Shown: one piece after another, positions 36,858 through 46,676 of the stretch
Layout of the letters: each line of letters starts with the position of its first letter
How positions within the stretch are numbered: the stretch's first letter is position 1
The notes under the pieces: generated by a model
Databases searched by the model: none
The model's input: only the letters and a program-made list of their open reading frames with translations
Told to the model about the DNA's origin: nothing
Translations under genes and position numbers: made by a program
DNA from: a virus
Lineage: Duplodnaviria; Caudoviricetes
Strand: one strand, 5' to 3'
IMG/VR virus record: IMGVR_UViG_3300037067_027616
Location: 224,001 to 288,000 of that record
DNA: 64,000 nucleotides

Positions 36858-39800
36858 ATGGCTGGAAAAACAGGTAACTATTCGAAGATCATCATATACG
36901 ATGAGCGCAGGCGGTATTACTACCTGTGGCCGCAACGTAACAGGCCGCTTCTCGATGACGAGATACGCGACATGGGCATCGGCCTGCTCGACCAGGCCCG
37001 TCGCTCCATACAAAGGGTATGGGGTGATGTAGCGGCGCCTGACAACACCTTCAGTGCGTCCGCAATATCCACCGCCGATGCGTTCAAGGTCATGGAGTCA
37101 TCTTCGCCGTCAAAGAACTTCCTTGTGAATGGCGGAAATACCGGTGGTGACAGTCTTGACCACCCGGCCGTGCTATATGCCAAGGGTTTCTACATATTCC
37201 TTGCCGAGGACATCGAATACACCGGGCAAATGTATTCGTCTGGCAGCATAGACTTGAACACAGAATCCAGCAAGTACAAGACGCTGACGCTCATACCTGC
37301 ACTCACCACGCCGTCTGCTGAACGCATCGACATTGTTTACGTGCACCTTCATTTTGAGGAAGTTACTTCGGTCGTAGGTACGGACGTTGATGTCTACCGG
37401 GACTCGAACCTTAAGAACCCGATAGTCGGTACGGACACGGCAAACAGGTTGCGCGCGGTGTTTGATATACGCGTCCGTGAGGGATGGACAGATCCCATTG
37501 ATGACAATATATTCAACCATTCAGAGTTTTTAGGTGACATATCACTCAATGACTCCGACCCGACAGACGATGAGTTCAAGATACCCATCGCGGTCATATA
37601 CCGCCATGCGTTCACGGACGAAATAGCGCAAGCGGACATAGTAGACTTGCTTTCGGTGTACGACAAAAGGGTAAAGTCGATTGATGAACTTTCTTGGCGT
37701 ATCCGCCACGGTGGCTATACACAGGCCGATGTCGACCAGAAGAATTTTGCAACAGCGGGTTATACCGGGTTCTCACAAAGGTTCCCGAGTGCGGTGGTAG
37801 ATGAAGGTGCATTTGCTACGGGACTCAACCAGGGCCTTGGCACCGAAGCATTCAATTCTGACTCTGTGACCCCCAGAGTGCTCGACCAGGACGGCAAGTT
37901 CATGATGGACGCCCTCCTCGTAGGACACGCCACGGGGCTCATCACGTACGAAACTGGCGCCGAGATGCTCCAAGACGGCGAATTTGTCGCCGAGAAGGCT
38001 TCTGCTGAGAGCATTTACGTAGGCTATGCCGCAGGTGATACGGGCGCCCGTGAATACAAACATAACGTCAGCGTTTATTCCAAGGGCGTGAGTGGTACCG
38101 TAGGTGTCGAAGTAGTCATAAATGACGGCGAGACAGGGTCATTTGCGATGTTGGTGAGGGCGGGCGAAACAGGCATGCCCGCGAATTTCATGGCCATCGA
38201 CCACCAGGGCCGCATGGGTATCAACACCATGGAACCTGGGTGGGGTGTTTCCGGTGTGGCGTTGGATGTAAATGCCTCGGAGAGAGTGCGGCAGGATCTC
38301 ATCGTGGACGGCAACGCGCAATTCGGCGGAAGCGTGGCAGGACAGACGTGGGTGGTGCCGGCTGAATTGAGCGCCTTGAACCCCGCTATCTTCGGGTGGA
38401 CAGGCACGTTTGGGATAACCGGGGCGGTCGCGACCGTTCTTATCCGGCGTGGCGTGGCAGTGGTAGGTGAGTCTGGAATCTCCGGGTACGGATACACGGG
38501 CGTTGCAGGCCAATATGAGTGCTACGACATGATGGGTAACCGGATGTTTACGATCGGTGACCTCGGACCGGAGTTTGACCGGGTGGTCAGGACTTTGTAC
38601 GGTGTGGGTGCAAGGGAAGCGTATACCTCCGATGTGTCATTTTTGTCACTCCCGGGTGGGTTCGACTACATCAAAGCCGGTGACACGGTCACCTACGACA
38701 TCATCAAGCATGATGACCTGCACGTAACAGGTGCCTTGACGGTCACGCAGAACGCGTGGGAGGCTATCGAGGAACTGCGTGATGATATCATCTACAACAC
38801 CGGTTGGGGCGCTCCTACGGGCCTTTACAGGCAGTTCGTGTATACGGACACCCGTGGCATATCTGGAAGCATAGACGACCCTCTGACGACCTTTACGGGC
38901 ATGGGTGAGGCGTTTGGCGTCCAAATCATCAGCAATATATATGGGTTCACAGGGGCTGGGTACACGGGTGCGATCGATGATGCCCACGGCAGGATCATTA
39001 TCAAGGAGATGCCGGAGGATCCCGTCGATGCTGAAATAGACGACATAGCCACGTTTAAGATCAGCAGAGCGCTTTTGACCGATTTGAACATAACTTTTAC
39101 CGAACACCATTATTACGGTTCCGGCGAATATGGTGGCGGTTTGGAAGATTTGAGATTTGCCAAACTTGACCTTGGGGATGGCGCCGATGCGTGGTTGTTC
39201 AACGGGGACGTGTTCTTCAACGGTCTTGGCGGACGGAACCAGATTGTATTCTCCCCGAATGTCATATTCCGGGACGATGTGATTGTTTATGGCACTTTGT
39301 TTGCCGACCAGCTTCGGTTCAATTTTGCGAAGGTAGGCAACCTCGGTGTTGATTATGACATCATCATCGACCGTGACGGGTCATTCGGTAGGTATTTGGC
39401 GGTCGGATCCGATGCCATGAGTACGTTGTTGGGCATGCAGGGTTCAAACCCGAATAGCGACCCGAGGATCAAGTTCTTCGTCCGGGGTGGGATACAGGGC
39501 AACCCGCTTGTGGCGGAATCAGAGTCGTCCGATGTAAACAGCTTGGGAGATGTCTATCTACGCAATACCGCTTTACGAAGCCGTATGTATGCGAGGATCG
39601 GGGGCACGGTTGACAGTACGTCCGTACCGTTCGGGATACATCTTGTTGACGAGCGCAACACCTCCACGAAGCTTAATACTGTCGTGGTGGATTATCGCAG
39701 CGCCATGGGCGAAACGGGTCAAGTGACGTTGGATGTCCGCGGGGACATCAAGGCAAGTCGGGGGGTTATTGCTCCGTATCTGGCGGCGGGAGATACGACC

Positions 39801-40856
39801 AGCATTGACACGGACTATGCGTTGTATATCGCAGGTCGCGGGTATGTTGGTGGGCAGTTGTCTGTGGAGTCCTTGAGGTTTGTCGGCGCGGAGGCCCCGA
39901 GCGGGGACACGGACATTGTTACCCCTGTGAATGTTGCGATCATCGACAGTGCTACGCAACAGCAGACGTTCCACAACAACGAGGTCATACTCCGCGAGAA
40001 GAAGTTCACGGTCACGGAGCGGGTGTATCTCAACAACAATAGCAAACTTGCTGTGTCCGGTGTGACCGGTATGGAAGAATACTATAATAAAATGATTGAT
40101 GAGGGAGAAGGCCTTTATGGTCATGACACGTTGACATTCTTGGAGAGTGAAATCACTGATCTTGTTTCAACAGGAAACGATGTGTATATCGATGATATAA
40201 CAGATGCCTCCAAGAAAAGATACGCCTTCTCGCATGTGAATGTATGCACCCTTGGAACAATACGCACACAATGGACGGGATATGCGTATGACCCGACGGG
40301 TGTAATAGACGAGCGTAACACCATTCAATCTTATGAGTTTGAGTCAGCGTATTTCAGGGATCGCAATGGTGGATCTATAATCAATTGGATGCCTGGTGCA
40401 AGGTTTGGAGATGACAATTTTGTTGTTAGAATACAAGGCAATCTCATAGACACACATCCGGACTTCCCGGCGATGTACGCGGTTGATGGATGCCTTGCCG
40501 TTTACATTCCTAAAAGCAAGTGGTTCGGGTACGGCACCGATGATGGTCAACCGAGTACTGAATACAGGTCGTTTGTGTTGTGGTATCCGTACGAATCAGT
40601 GCTTACTAACTTCAACACACTTCCTATGGTTCAGCAGACATTATGCGGTGGATTCTCCCCGGTTGCTGATTGGAAGGTGGGTTTGTATCCGAGATTGGTC
40701 AAGCAGACACGGTTGCCTTTCGATACGAGCGCAGGGAGCAACCAGGAACGTATGTACATTGGTGAGTGGGATCTTGATGTGGTTGTTTTTCCCGCCATCA
40801 TAGGTCGTTGCGCCAATCTCACCGGACAACTGTATATAAGTTACGTACAGTCTTAA
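36858..40856 (+). CDS. Large virion structural protein (tail/baseplate/fibre-like)
   Basis: 1332 aa, Gly/Thr-rich beta content; N-terminal Q..RPLLD.E and RIDIVYV...T..R motifs resemble DUF6519-type proteins. Confidence 0.6.
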   Translation: MAGKTGNYSKIIIYDERRRYYYLWPQRNRPLLDDEIRDMGIGLLDQARRSIQRVWGDVAAPDNTFSASAISTADAFKVMESSSPSKNFLVNGGNTGGDSLDHPAVLYAKGFYIFLAEDIEYTGQMYSSGSIDLNTESSKYKTLTLIPALTTPSAERIDIVYVHLHFEEVTSVVGTDVDVYRDSNLKNPIVGTDTANRLRAVFDIRVREGWTDPIDDNIFNHSEFLGDISLNDSDPTDDEFKIPIAVIYRHAFTDEIAQADIVDLLSVYDKRVKSIDELSWRIRHGGYTQADVDQKNFATAGYTGFSQRFPSAVVDEGAFATGLNQGLGTEAFNSDSVTPRVLDQDGKFMMDALLVGHATGLITYETGAEMLQDGEFVAEKASAESIYVGYAAGDTGAREYKHNVSVYSKGVSGTVGVEVVINDGETGSFAMLVRAGETGMPANFMAIDHQGRMGINTMEPGWGVSGVALDVNASERVRQDLIVDGNAQFGGSVAGQTWVVPAELSALNPAIFGWTGTFGITGAVATVLIRRGVAVVGESGISGYGYTGVAGQYECYDMMGNRMFTIGDLGPEFDRVVRTLYGVGAREAYTSDVSFLSLPGGFDYIKAGDTVTYDIIKHDDLHVTGALTVTQNAWEAIEELRDDIIYNTGWGAPTGLYRQFVYTDTRGISGSIDDPLTTFTGMGEAFGVQIISNIYGFTGAGYTGAIDDAHGRIIIKEMPEDPVDAEIDDIATFKISRALLTDLNITFTEHHYYGSGEYGGGLEDLRFAKLDLGDGADAWLFNGDVFFNGLGGRNQIVFSPNVIFRDDVIVYGTLFADQLRFNFAKVGNLGVDYDIIIDRDGSFGRYLAVGSDAMSTLLGMQGSNPNSDPRIKFFVRGGIQGNPLVAESESSDVNSLGDVYLRNTALRSRMYARIGGTVDSTSVPFGIHLVDERNTSTKLNTVVVDYRSAMGETGQVTLDVRGDIKASRGVIAPYLAAGDTTSIDTDYALYIAGRGYVGGQLSVESLRFVGAEAPSGDTDIVTPVNVAIIDSATQQQTFHNNEVILREKKFTVTERVYLNNNSKLAVSGVTGMEEYYNKMIDEGEGLYGHDTLTFLESEITDLVSTGNDVYIDDITDASKKRYAFSHVNVCTLGTIRTQWTGYAYDPTGVIDERNTIQSYEFESAYFRDRNGGSIINWMPGARFGDDNFVVRIQGNLIDTHPDFPAMYAVDGCLAVYIPKSKWFGYGTDDGQPSTEYRSFVLWYPYESVLTNFNTLPMVQQTLCGGFSPVADWKVGLYPRLVKQTRLPFDTSAGSNQERMYIGEWDLDVVVFPAIIGRCANLTGQLYISYVQS

Positions 40857-40899
40857 AAAACAGGAGGAGGCCCTTTGGCCTCCTCCTGTAACTTTTCTT
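40855..40899. terminator. Bidirectional intrinsic terminator
   Basis: ACAGGAGGAGGCC-CTTT-GGCCTCCTCCTGT between convergent genes, A-run before and T-rich after. Confidence 0.85.
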
Positions 40900-40905
40900 A
40901 TTGTC

Positions 40906-41763
40906 CTAACGGTTTATAGAACGAACGGTAACTACAGAATTACTCCCGTTTTTCATGTCTGTAACAATACGACCATTGAGGCTGAAATCTTTTTTGCACA
41001 CACGTATAGTATTTCGTGTTGCAATATTCTTGTTGTTTATAGTAGAAACTTGTGGGTCATATATACCGTGAACTTCAGTGGGAGTCAATGCCCGATTGTA
41101 TATCAGTATTTCATCAATTTTGCTTTTAAGGTAACGAGTCGCTACACCGTTGATCAGAAGATACGAGTTGGTAGCCGTTGTTGTTGCAAGTGCCGGGAAG
41201 GCCACTTCCGCATGAAGTGCTCCATTGATGTACCAACGGGCTGATTTGTTTTGGATAACCAACGCCACGTGTGTCCAAGGGTTGTTGGCACTGAGCCCAT
41301 CGGCAGGAAATTGTGCACTGGTAACTTTTGCTTTGGCATAGCGCACTCCTTGCTGTTGGACACATAGGGTATCTTGCCGGAAGACGACCCGGAATCCCAT
41401 TGATGTGTCACGCCACGAGCGTGGGGTACCCCAAGCAAGTATTTGTTGTATTGAATCACCTTTTTCCGCGAGGCTCAACCAGAAACACACAGTCCTGTCC
41501 GAATCACCTTTTGGCAACCCGTTGTCGGATCCATAGAAGTGTCCGGAAATCGAACCTTCAAAGGAGTAGGCATTGCTTGGAAAAAGGTCACGGTCGGCGG
41601 TCAGTGTTGCTCCTGTTGACCCGACCGTAAGTGTCCTTCCGCTCCCCGACCCGTCCGTCAGCGCGCCGCCGGTGAAGTCGTACCGGGCCACGAGGCCGTT
41701 TGTGGGAATCTGCCCCGTCACCACCGCCATCACCATCAGAACTGCCAGAATCGTGTTACGCAT
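40906..41763 (-). CDS. Secreted LamG/ConA-like domain protein
   Basis: Signal peptide, GLVARYDF, WTHVALV, YING, IDEILIYNRALT. Confidence 0.85.
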   Translation of the reverse strand: MRNTILAVLMVMAVVTGQIPTNGLVARYDFTGGALTDGSGSGRTLTVGSTGATLTADRDLFPSNAYSFEGSISGHFYGSDNGLPKGDSDRTVCFWLSLAEKGDSIQQILAWGTPRSWRDTSMGFRVVFRQDTLCVQQQGVRYAKAKVTSAQFPADGLSANNPWTHVALVIQNKSARWYINGALHAEVAFPALATTTATNSYLLINGVATRYLKSKIDEILIYNRALTPTEVHGIYDPQVSTINNKNIATRNTIRVCKKDFSLNGRIVTDMKNGSNSVVTVRSINR

Positions 41764-41821
41764 ACTGCACCCCCTCTTTTTGGGTCCACGTCTACCGGGC
41801 TCTCCTGCCCGTCACGTAGAC

Positions 41822-41850
41822 AATATACTAAAATAAAAAGGATTTGTCAA
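41822..41850 (-). promoter_or_regulatory. Sigma70-type promoter
   Basis: TTGACA-17 bp-TATATT on the minus strand. Confidence 0.75.
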
Positions 41851-41877
41851 CATCTTTTTGAAAAAAGTTCAACAAGG

Positions 41878-42669
41878 TCATATATCGAGACCTACCATCG
41901 TTGGAACAGCCAAGCCAACGACCTTTTTGATGGATTCCTTCCATTTGACCATACTGTTCTTCTCGTAGAGGCTGTAGAGCAGACGGATGCGATCATCGCT
42001 CTGCCACTCGATTAGTTGCGCGGCCCGTGGCGCGGTTTCCTCATTGTATTCGCCGTTCAACTTGAGGCGCTCGATGAGGAAGTTCGCTTTTCCCAGCCAG
42101 ATGGCATCGGTCACGTAGACTTTTGCCTCGTTGATGACGCGCCCTATGTTGTCGTCCAGCATTGGCTCGCAGGATACACTTGTTTCGAAGCCTTTTTCGT
42201 ATGCCATCTTCAAGCTAAACATGCGCTCATCGAAGTTTGGCGCCCCGGGTTCCCAGAATTTCAATACAGTGCTGTCGGATGACCCGATCGTGAATCTGAA
42301 TAGGATTTGTTTTCGATAGTCGGCGCATTCTTTGGTAATACTCCATATACATGTGCCGTGTGGTTTTGACACGATAAGAACCCTGTTGCCCGCTTTTAAC
42401 ATCTTCAACAAGGTTTCTATGGATTGGTACACATTGAGCGGGGTGATGTCATGGGTGGTCGGGAACATGATAGTGCCAGCCCGCTTACCAAATTTCTTCT
42501 GCAGTGCTTTGGGAATGAGTGTGGGATTTTTCCATCCATCGGCAGTCGATTTATTGCGCACAGGGCATCTGCTGCGGGCGTAGCAGTAAAGACATTGATG
42601 TTCGCAACCATGTTGGATGTTGAAGCTCGATGACGCCCATTCTTTGGTACCAAAAACTTCCTTTACCAT
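41878..42669 (-). CDS. Radical SAM-like protein (DUF5131/SplB-like)
   Basis: GCEHQCLYCYA (CxxxCxxC), SCEPML; start reassigned to MVKEVF with AAGGAG RBS. Confidence 0.7.
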   Translation of the reverse strand: MVKEVFGTKEWASSSFNIQHGCEHQCLYCYARSRCPVRNKSTADGWKNPTLIPKALQKKFGKRAGTIMFPTTHDITPLNVYQSIETLLKMLKAGNRVLIVSKPHGTCIWSITKECADYRKQILFRFTIGSSDSTVLKFWEPGAPNFDERMFSLKMAYEKGFETSVSCEPMLDDNIGRVINEAKVYVTDAIWLGKANFLIERLKLNGEYNEETAPRAAQLIEWQSDDRIRLLYSLYEKNSMVKWKESIKKVVGLAVPTMVGLDI

Positions 42670-42696
42670 ATGTTGTCTCCTTATCCGTTCTTGAAT

Positions 42697-42725
42697 AATA
42701 TACCTTTTTGAAAAACAACTGTCAA
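42697..42725 (-). promoter_or_regulatory. Sigma70-type promoter
   Basis: TTGACA-17 bp-TATATT on the minus strand. Confidence 0.75.
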
Positions 42726-42764
42726 GAAGATTTCTAGGGATGTCAATATCGTTTGCGGGGGATG

Positions 42765-43610
42765 TTACTTCGAGGGCTTGACGTACGGAGTGAATTTTCT
42801 CACCGGATCGCCAGATTTTTCCCACCCGAAGGAGTGGGCATCGCAAAATTTGGCAATGATGTCCGATAGGAACGGATCGAGTCGTTGTTCTACTTGCTCG
42901 GCTATGTCTGCAGGCACACCATAGTACGGATGGGCTATAGACCCGGCGATGCATGCTTGTGTGTCTGCATCACCTCCCAAAGAAACAGCTTTTCGCACGG
43001 CGTCCTCGAAGGACGAGGACTCGAGGAAGCATCGTATGGCCTGCGGGACGGATCCTTGGCAGGTTTCATCGAACGCGTAGTCCTTTCTTATTTCTTCAAC
43101 TGTTTTTGACAGATCGTACCCGAATTCTGAAGTGATGACGCTGGCTATAGTCTTTTTTGGCAAAGCATTCCTGGCCATCCATATTGCCAAGGCGACTGCT
43201 TGTGCCCCTTTTACACCCTCGGGGTGGTCGTGAGTCACCTCGGAGGTCCTTCTTGCCCACTCGAGTACCTCTTCCTCCGTGTCGTATGCAAAGGCCACGG
43301 GTGACACCCGCATAGCGGAGCCGTTGCCGTAGCTATTATAGGGTTTTCCTTCGGAGTTTTGGAGCCATTGCACGAACATGCCCCCGAATCCGCTCCCCAG
43401 GTATAGCCTGCCGATTGACCGATACGCTTCCGCGAACCCCTCACCGGACAGCAACGCCCGGGCTGTGGCCACAGTTAAAACACTGTCATCCGTGGCACGG
43501 GGTTCTCCTTTGGATTTACCACGGGCTTTGAATAACGGGAACGTCTCTGATTTGTATGCATCAAATTCGTATGGGGATCCGATGATATCTCCAGCTATGG
43601 CACCCAACAT
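42765..43610 (-). CDS. ADP-ribosylglycohydrolase (DraG/ARH family)
   Basis: GAIAGDIIGSPYE, TDDS, GNGSAMRVSP, THDH, GGDADT. Confidence 0.92.
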   Translation of the reverse strand: MLGAIAGDIIGSPYEFDAYKSETFPLFKARGKSKGEPRATDDSVLTVATARALLSGEGFAEAYRSIGRLYLGSGFGGMFVQWLQNSEGKPYNSYGNGSAMRVSPVAFAYDTEEEVLEWARRTSEVTHDHPEGVKGAQAVALAIWMARNALPKKTIASVITSEFGYDLSKTVEEIRKDYAFDETCQGSVPQAIRCFLESSSFEDAVRKAVSLGGDADTQACIAGSIAHPYYGVPADIAEQVEQRLDPFLSDIIAKFCDAHSFGWEKSGDPVRKFTPYVKPSK

Positions 43611-43639
43611 GATGTTTTCCTTTCAACAAACGGTTTTGG

Positions 43640-44008
43640 TCATTTTTTTGATACTTTCATCGGATTCACGGCTTTCAGATGGGATTTTTTAGCCATAACC
43701 TTGAGTCTTTTCAAGTACTCACGGTGGATCATGTCGAACGTCTTTTCCCATTTTTTGCCATGGCCAGATTCGAAGCCGGCGACCACGTGTGCAACCTCAT
43801 GGGCGAGTATCTCGGGGGTGACTCCCAAGGGTGTCAAAACACTCACCGTGATGACCGGGGGAGTTTGCCCGAAGTCCGTGTAGCCAAATTTATTTTTTTC
43901 CCCCTCGAGTCCGAAGAAAATATCAGCACCGTGTTTAGGGAACAGATCCCGGGAAACTTCAAGTACCAATTTTAAAGGGTCGAATGCCATGTGGAAAGCG
44001 TATTTCAT
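43640..44008 (-). CDS. Small zincin (SprT-like HExxH) protein
   Basis: LAHEVAHVV...GHGKKW. Confidence 0.7.
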   Translation of the reverse strand: MKYAFHMAFDPLKLVLEVSRDLFPKHGADIFFGLEGEKNKFGYTDFGQTPPVITVSVLTPLGVTPEILAHEVAHVVAGFESGHGKKWEKTFDMIHREYLKRLKVMAKKSHLKAVNPMKVSKK

Positions 44009-45087
44009 ATTTTTCTCGCCTCGTTTATGACTTCCATCTCCGGATATTTTATGTATATAGTCTGTGGGTCAAAATACCTGCCGTATATGGGGGAGTCATC
44101 GATGTGTATGTGTATGCGCTTCTCCCGACAGTAGTCCGCTTTGCTCCTATTCCAGACTTCAACGTCCATCCACGGTCCGCGGTCGTCTTCCCACACCTTT
44201 GTGCCTTTTTTCTCATGGTGGCTGCTGATGGAGAATATATGGCTGTAGGCTATGCCCAGGCCAGCGATTTTTTCACGCAATTCTTTGGTGTCCTTCGACC
44301 CGGTGATAACGTGTACCTCACCGCCCCTGTTGAGGATCTTTTTGGAAAGGTTCGAGAAATATTTTTTGTCATCGTCTATGACTCCGTGTAAATCCAATCC
44401 GAGCCGCAACTTCTCCCCTTCGGTTAGTTTCCCGTAGGCTTCGTTTATATATCGGTCGCAGGATTCACAAATTACGGACTGTTCAATGTCCTTGATTTCC
44501 ATGAGGGCTTCTTTGTTTTCCTCAAGGTAGGCCTCCGTAGCCTTGGCTAGAAGCGCCCGGTGTTCCTCTGGCATATCCTCGACCACATGCATAACCTCTT
44601 TGTGCATGCGAAAGTGATGATTTCCAAGATGCTCGCACCATGCCCGCAGGAAGCCGCTACTGAAGAAGATGTCCGGTATGGTCCCGATGGTGTAGTCCAG
44701 GTTGTTTCCGTTCTCTGGTCGGTCGTAACCCAATGGGTTTTCTGAACCTTCCTCATGATAACTTTCAACAAAAGCGTCATCGCTTCCGATAGTTATCATG
44801 ACGCTCTCATCAGCGCAACGATGCCCAGGATAATTGCTGTGGTCGTAGGCTAGAACAGGCCCGTCCGCAGAAAATTCGAGGTTATAGACCCCGTCTTTTA
44901 CTTCCCATTTCATTCCGCCGTAATTTATTGTGATTGATACGTTCTCTTTCCAAGGGTTGTGTATGGTCAGACTTTCGGAGGTTTTTAGCACCACGGCTTT
45001 CAACTCCTCGATTCTCTTGAGGAGTTCGTCCGAGAATTTGATGACCCCACAGTTCGACAACCCGAGTACGCAATACGCTGTCTTCAT
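44005..45087 (-). CDS. Unknown N-domain fused to HAD-like phosphatase
   Basis: LGLDLHGVI, VITG, K, HIDDSP in the C-terminal third. Confidence 0.65.
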   Translation of the reverse strand: MKTAYCVLGLSNCGVIKFSDELLKRIEELKAVVLKTSESLTIHNPWKENVSITINYGGMKWEVKDGVYNLEFSADGPVLAYDHSNYPGHRCADESVMITIGSDDAFVESYHEEGSENPLGYDRPENGNNLDYTIGTIPDIFFSSGFLRAWCEHLGNHHFRMHKEVMHVVEDMPEEHRALLAKATEAYLEENKEALMEIKDIEQSVICESCDRYINEAYGKLTEGEKLRLGLDLHGVIDDDKKYFSNLSKKILNRGGEVHVITGSKDTKELREKIAGLGIAYSHIFSISSHHEKKGTKVWEDDRGPWMDVEVWNRSKADYCREKRIHIHIDDSPIYGRYFDPQTIYIKYPEMEVINEARKI

Positions 45088-45088
45088 T

Positions 45089-45697
45089 TTACATCCTATC
45101 CGCCGGGAAGAATTGGATGCGCCGGAGTGCTACGGAGCGCGCGGTGCACCCGAGGTTTTTGGCTATGCGATAATCGGTAAGCGACCAATCTACAGAAGAC
45201 CAATCATACCGCGGTTCCCTGTATTTGTATTTGTATGGGGAATCAGGTATCCCGAGCTCTTTGCGTTTTTTTCCGGGTAGATATGTGGCACACCCCAAAA
45301 TTTTAGCGATTTCTACGTCACGGAGAGACCAATCAACGTTTGAAAAATCATATTTGCTCTGTTTCGGAGTCGTAATCTTATGATGCCTTGGGGATGGGGG
45401 TTTCCCAAGTTTCTTGCGCTTTAGGCGTACAGCTTCAGATGAACATCCAAATTCTGATGCTATAATAACATTCTGTTTTGACCAATCTACAGAATCCCAT
45501 AGTATGGTTGTCTTTTCTTCATTCTTCACGTGCTTGCCATCATAGGCACCACGATGGTTTAGGACTGCGTTAATCGTCATCGGGGTAACCCGAAACAGGT
45601 GCGCGAGGGTCTGTGCACTCTCGTGAAAACCTTTGTTATAGTACATATCCCTCACATGATCGGCCTCTTCCGATGATAATTTTGGCCATCTTCCCAT
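45089..45697 (-). CDS. Multi-HTH repeat DNA-binding protein
   Basis: Three VDWS...IA...GC...R repeats after an N-terminal HTH. Confidence 0.65.
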   Translation of the reverse strand: MGRWPKLSSEEADHVRDMYYNKGFHESAQTLAHLFRVTPMTINAVLNHRGAYDGKHVKNEEKTTILWDSVDWSKQNVIIASEFGCSSEAVRLKRKKLGKPPSPRHHKITTPKQSKYDFSNVDWSLRDVEIAKILGCATYLPGKKRKELGIPDSPYKYKYREPRYDWSSVDWSLTDYRIAKNLGCTARSVALRRIQFFPADRM

Positions 45698-45838
45698 AAA
45701 TACGACCCCGTCCTTTACCGCTTTTTGTTTTAGTCATACATAATATACCAAATGCCAACCCTAAAATAACACAGTAATTCTTTGTTCATACGATTTCCAC
45801 ATATATACAGTGCATATCTAAAGCATATCGGATAAAAA

Positions 45839-46021
45839 ATGAAGGCGAAATTGGTACACTTGACGGATAGACAGTTTGAACATTTGACCGATCAAGCGGG
45901 GAAGTTGGGGATATCGGTATCGGAACTCATACGGCGCATACTTGATGACCATATGGACTCCATACGTCAGTGGGTGGAACTACCAAAAGATGAAAAAGGC
46001 GCAGGGAAGCACAAAAAATGA
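45839..46021 (+). CDS. Ribbon-helix-helix (CopG-like) regulator
   Basis: VHLTDRQFEHL...GISVSELIRRILD. Confidence 0.7.
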   Translation: MKAKLVHLTDRQFEHLTDQAGKLGISVSELIRRILDDHMDSIRQWVELPKDEKGAGKHKK

Positions 46022-46174
46022 CATCGCGGTAATAACCTCGTATTCGCGGGGATACTTATGGTCGTGGCAGGAAACCAAAACCGGCAGTTGCGACGGAAAC
46101 TGCACTAACAAAAACGCATGGCGGTTACGGCCCGCTGCAACCTGCCACGATTTTTCTTCCTATGGGAGACGAGA

Positions 46175-46405
46175 ATGCCCGGTGAACTTGGTAATGAGGA
46201 TCTCCAACAGGGGGTCGGGTGGTACGACAGAAGATACCCGGCGCACGGCGAGTGGATGCTCGATGAGTATGGCCTCATGCCTGCGATGGAGAAGTGGCGC
46301 AAGGATCGCGAGAAGAAGGGCATGATAGATCGGGTGTTGGACAAATGCAAATACATACATGGGGGCGGTGATGAGGATCAAGGAATTGAACGCGGCAAGG
46401 GATGA
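46175..46405 (+). CDS. Hypothetical protein
   Basis: GGAG RBS before ATG 46175. Confidence 0.45.
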   Translation: MPGELGNEDLQQGVGWYDRRYPAHGEWMLDEYGLMPAMEKWRKDREKKGMIDRVLDKCKYIHGGGDEDQGIERGKG

Positions 46406-46673
46406 AATAAAGAAGGTCCGGGAAAAGGCGGCGTCCGATTTGAAAACTCTTGCCGGTTTGTGTGCTTCCATGGAAGGTGAGGTCAAAAGACGGTACTACG
46501 AAGAGATTAACAGGGCCGATGGTAAGACGGATGGCCTTGAGGACTTCGTGGAGGTTTCAAGGAACCTCAAAAGGGATTTACAGGCGGTGAATGCCGCCAT
46601 TTCGATAGTTTCAAGCAGGATACACGGGGCGGATGGCTACGATTTCGAAGAAACGGAAGAGGAAGGAAAATAA
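46359..46673 (+). CDS. Hypothetical helical protein
   Basis: ORF directly upstream of the portal. Confidence 0.55.
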   Translation: MGAVMRIKELNAARDEIKKVREKAASDLKTLAGLCASMEGEVKRRYYEEINRADGKTDGLEDFVEVSRNLKRDLQAVNAAISIVSSRIHGADGYDFEETEEEGK

Positions 46674-46676
46674 TAA

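Noticed and set aside
42670-42954. N-terminal extension of the radical SAM ORF in the track
   Set aside because: Overlaps the ARH gene and a clear promoter; the RBS supports the start at 42669
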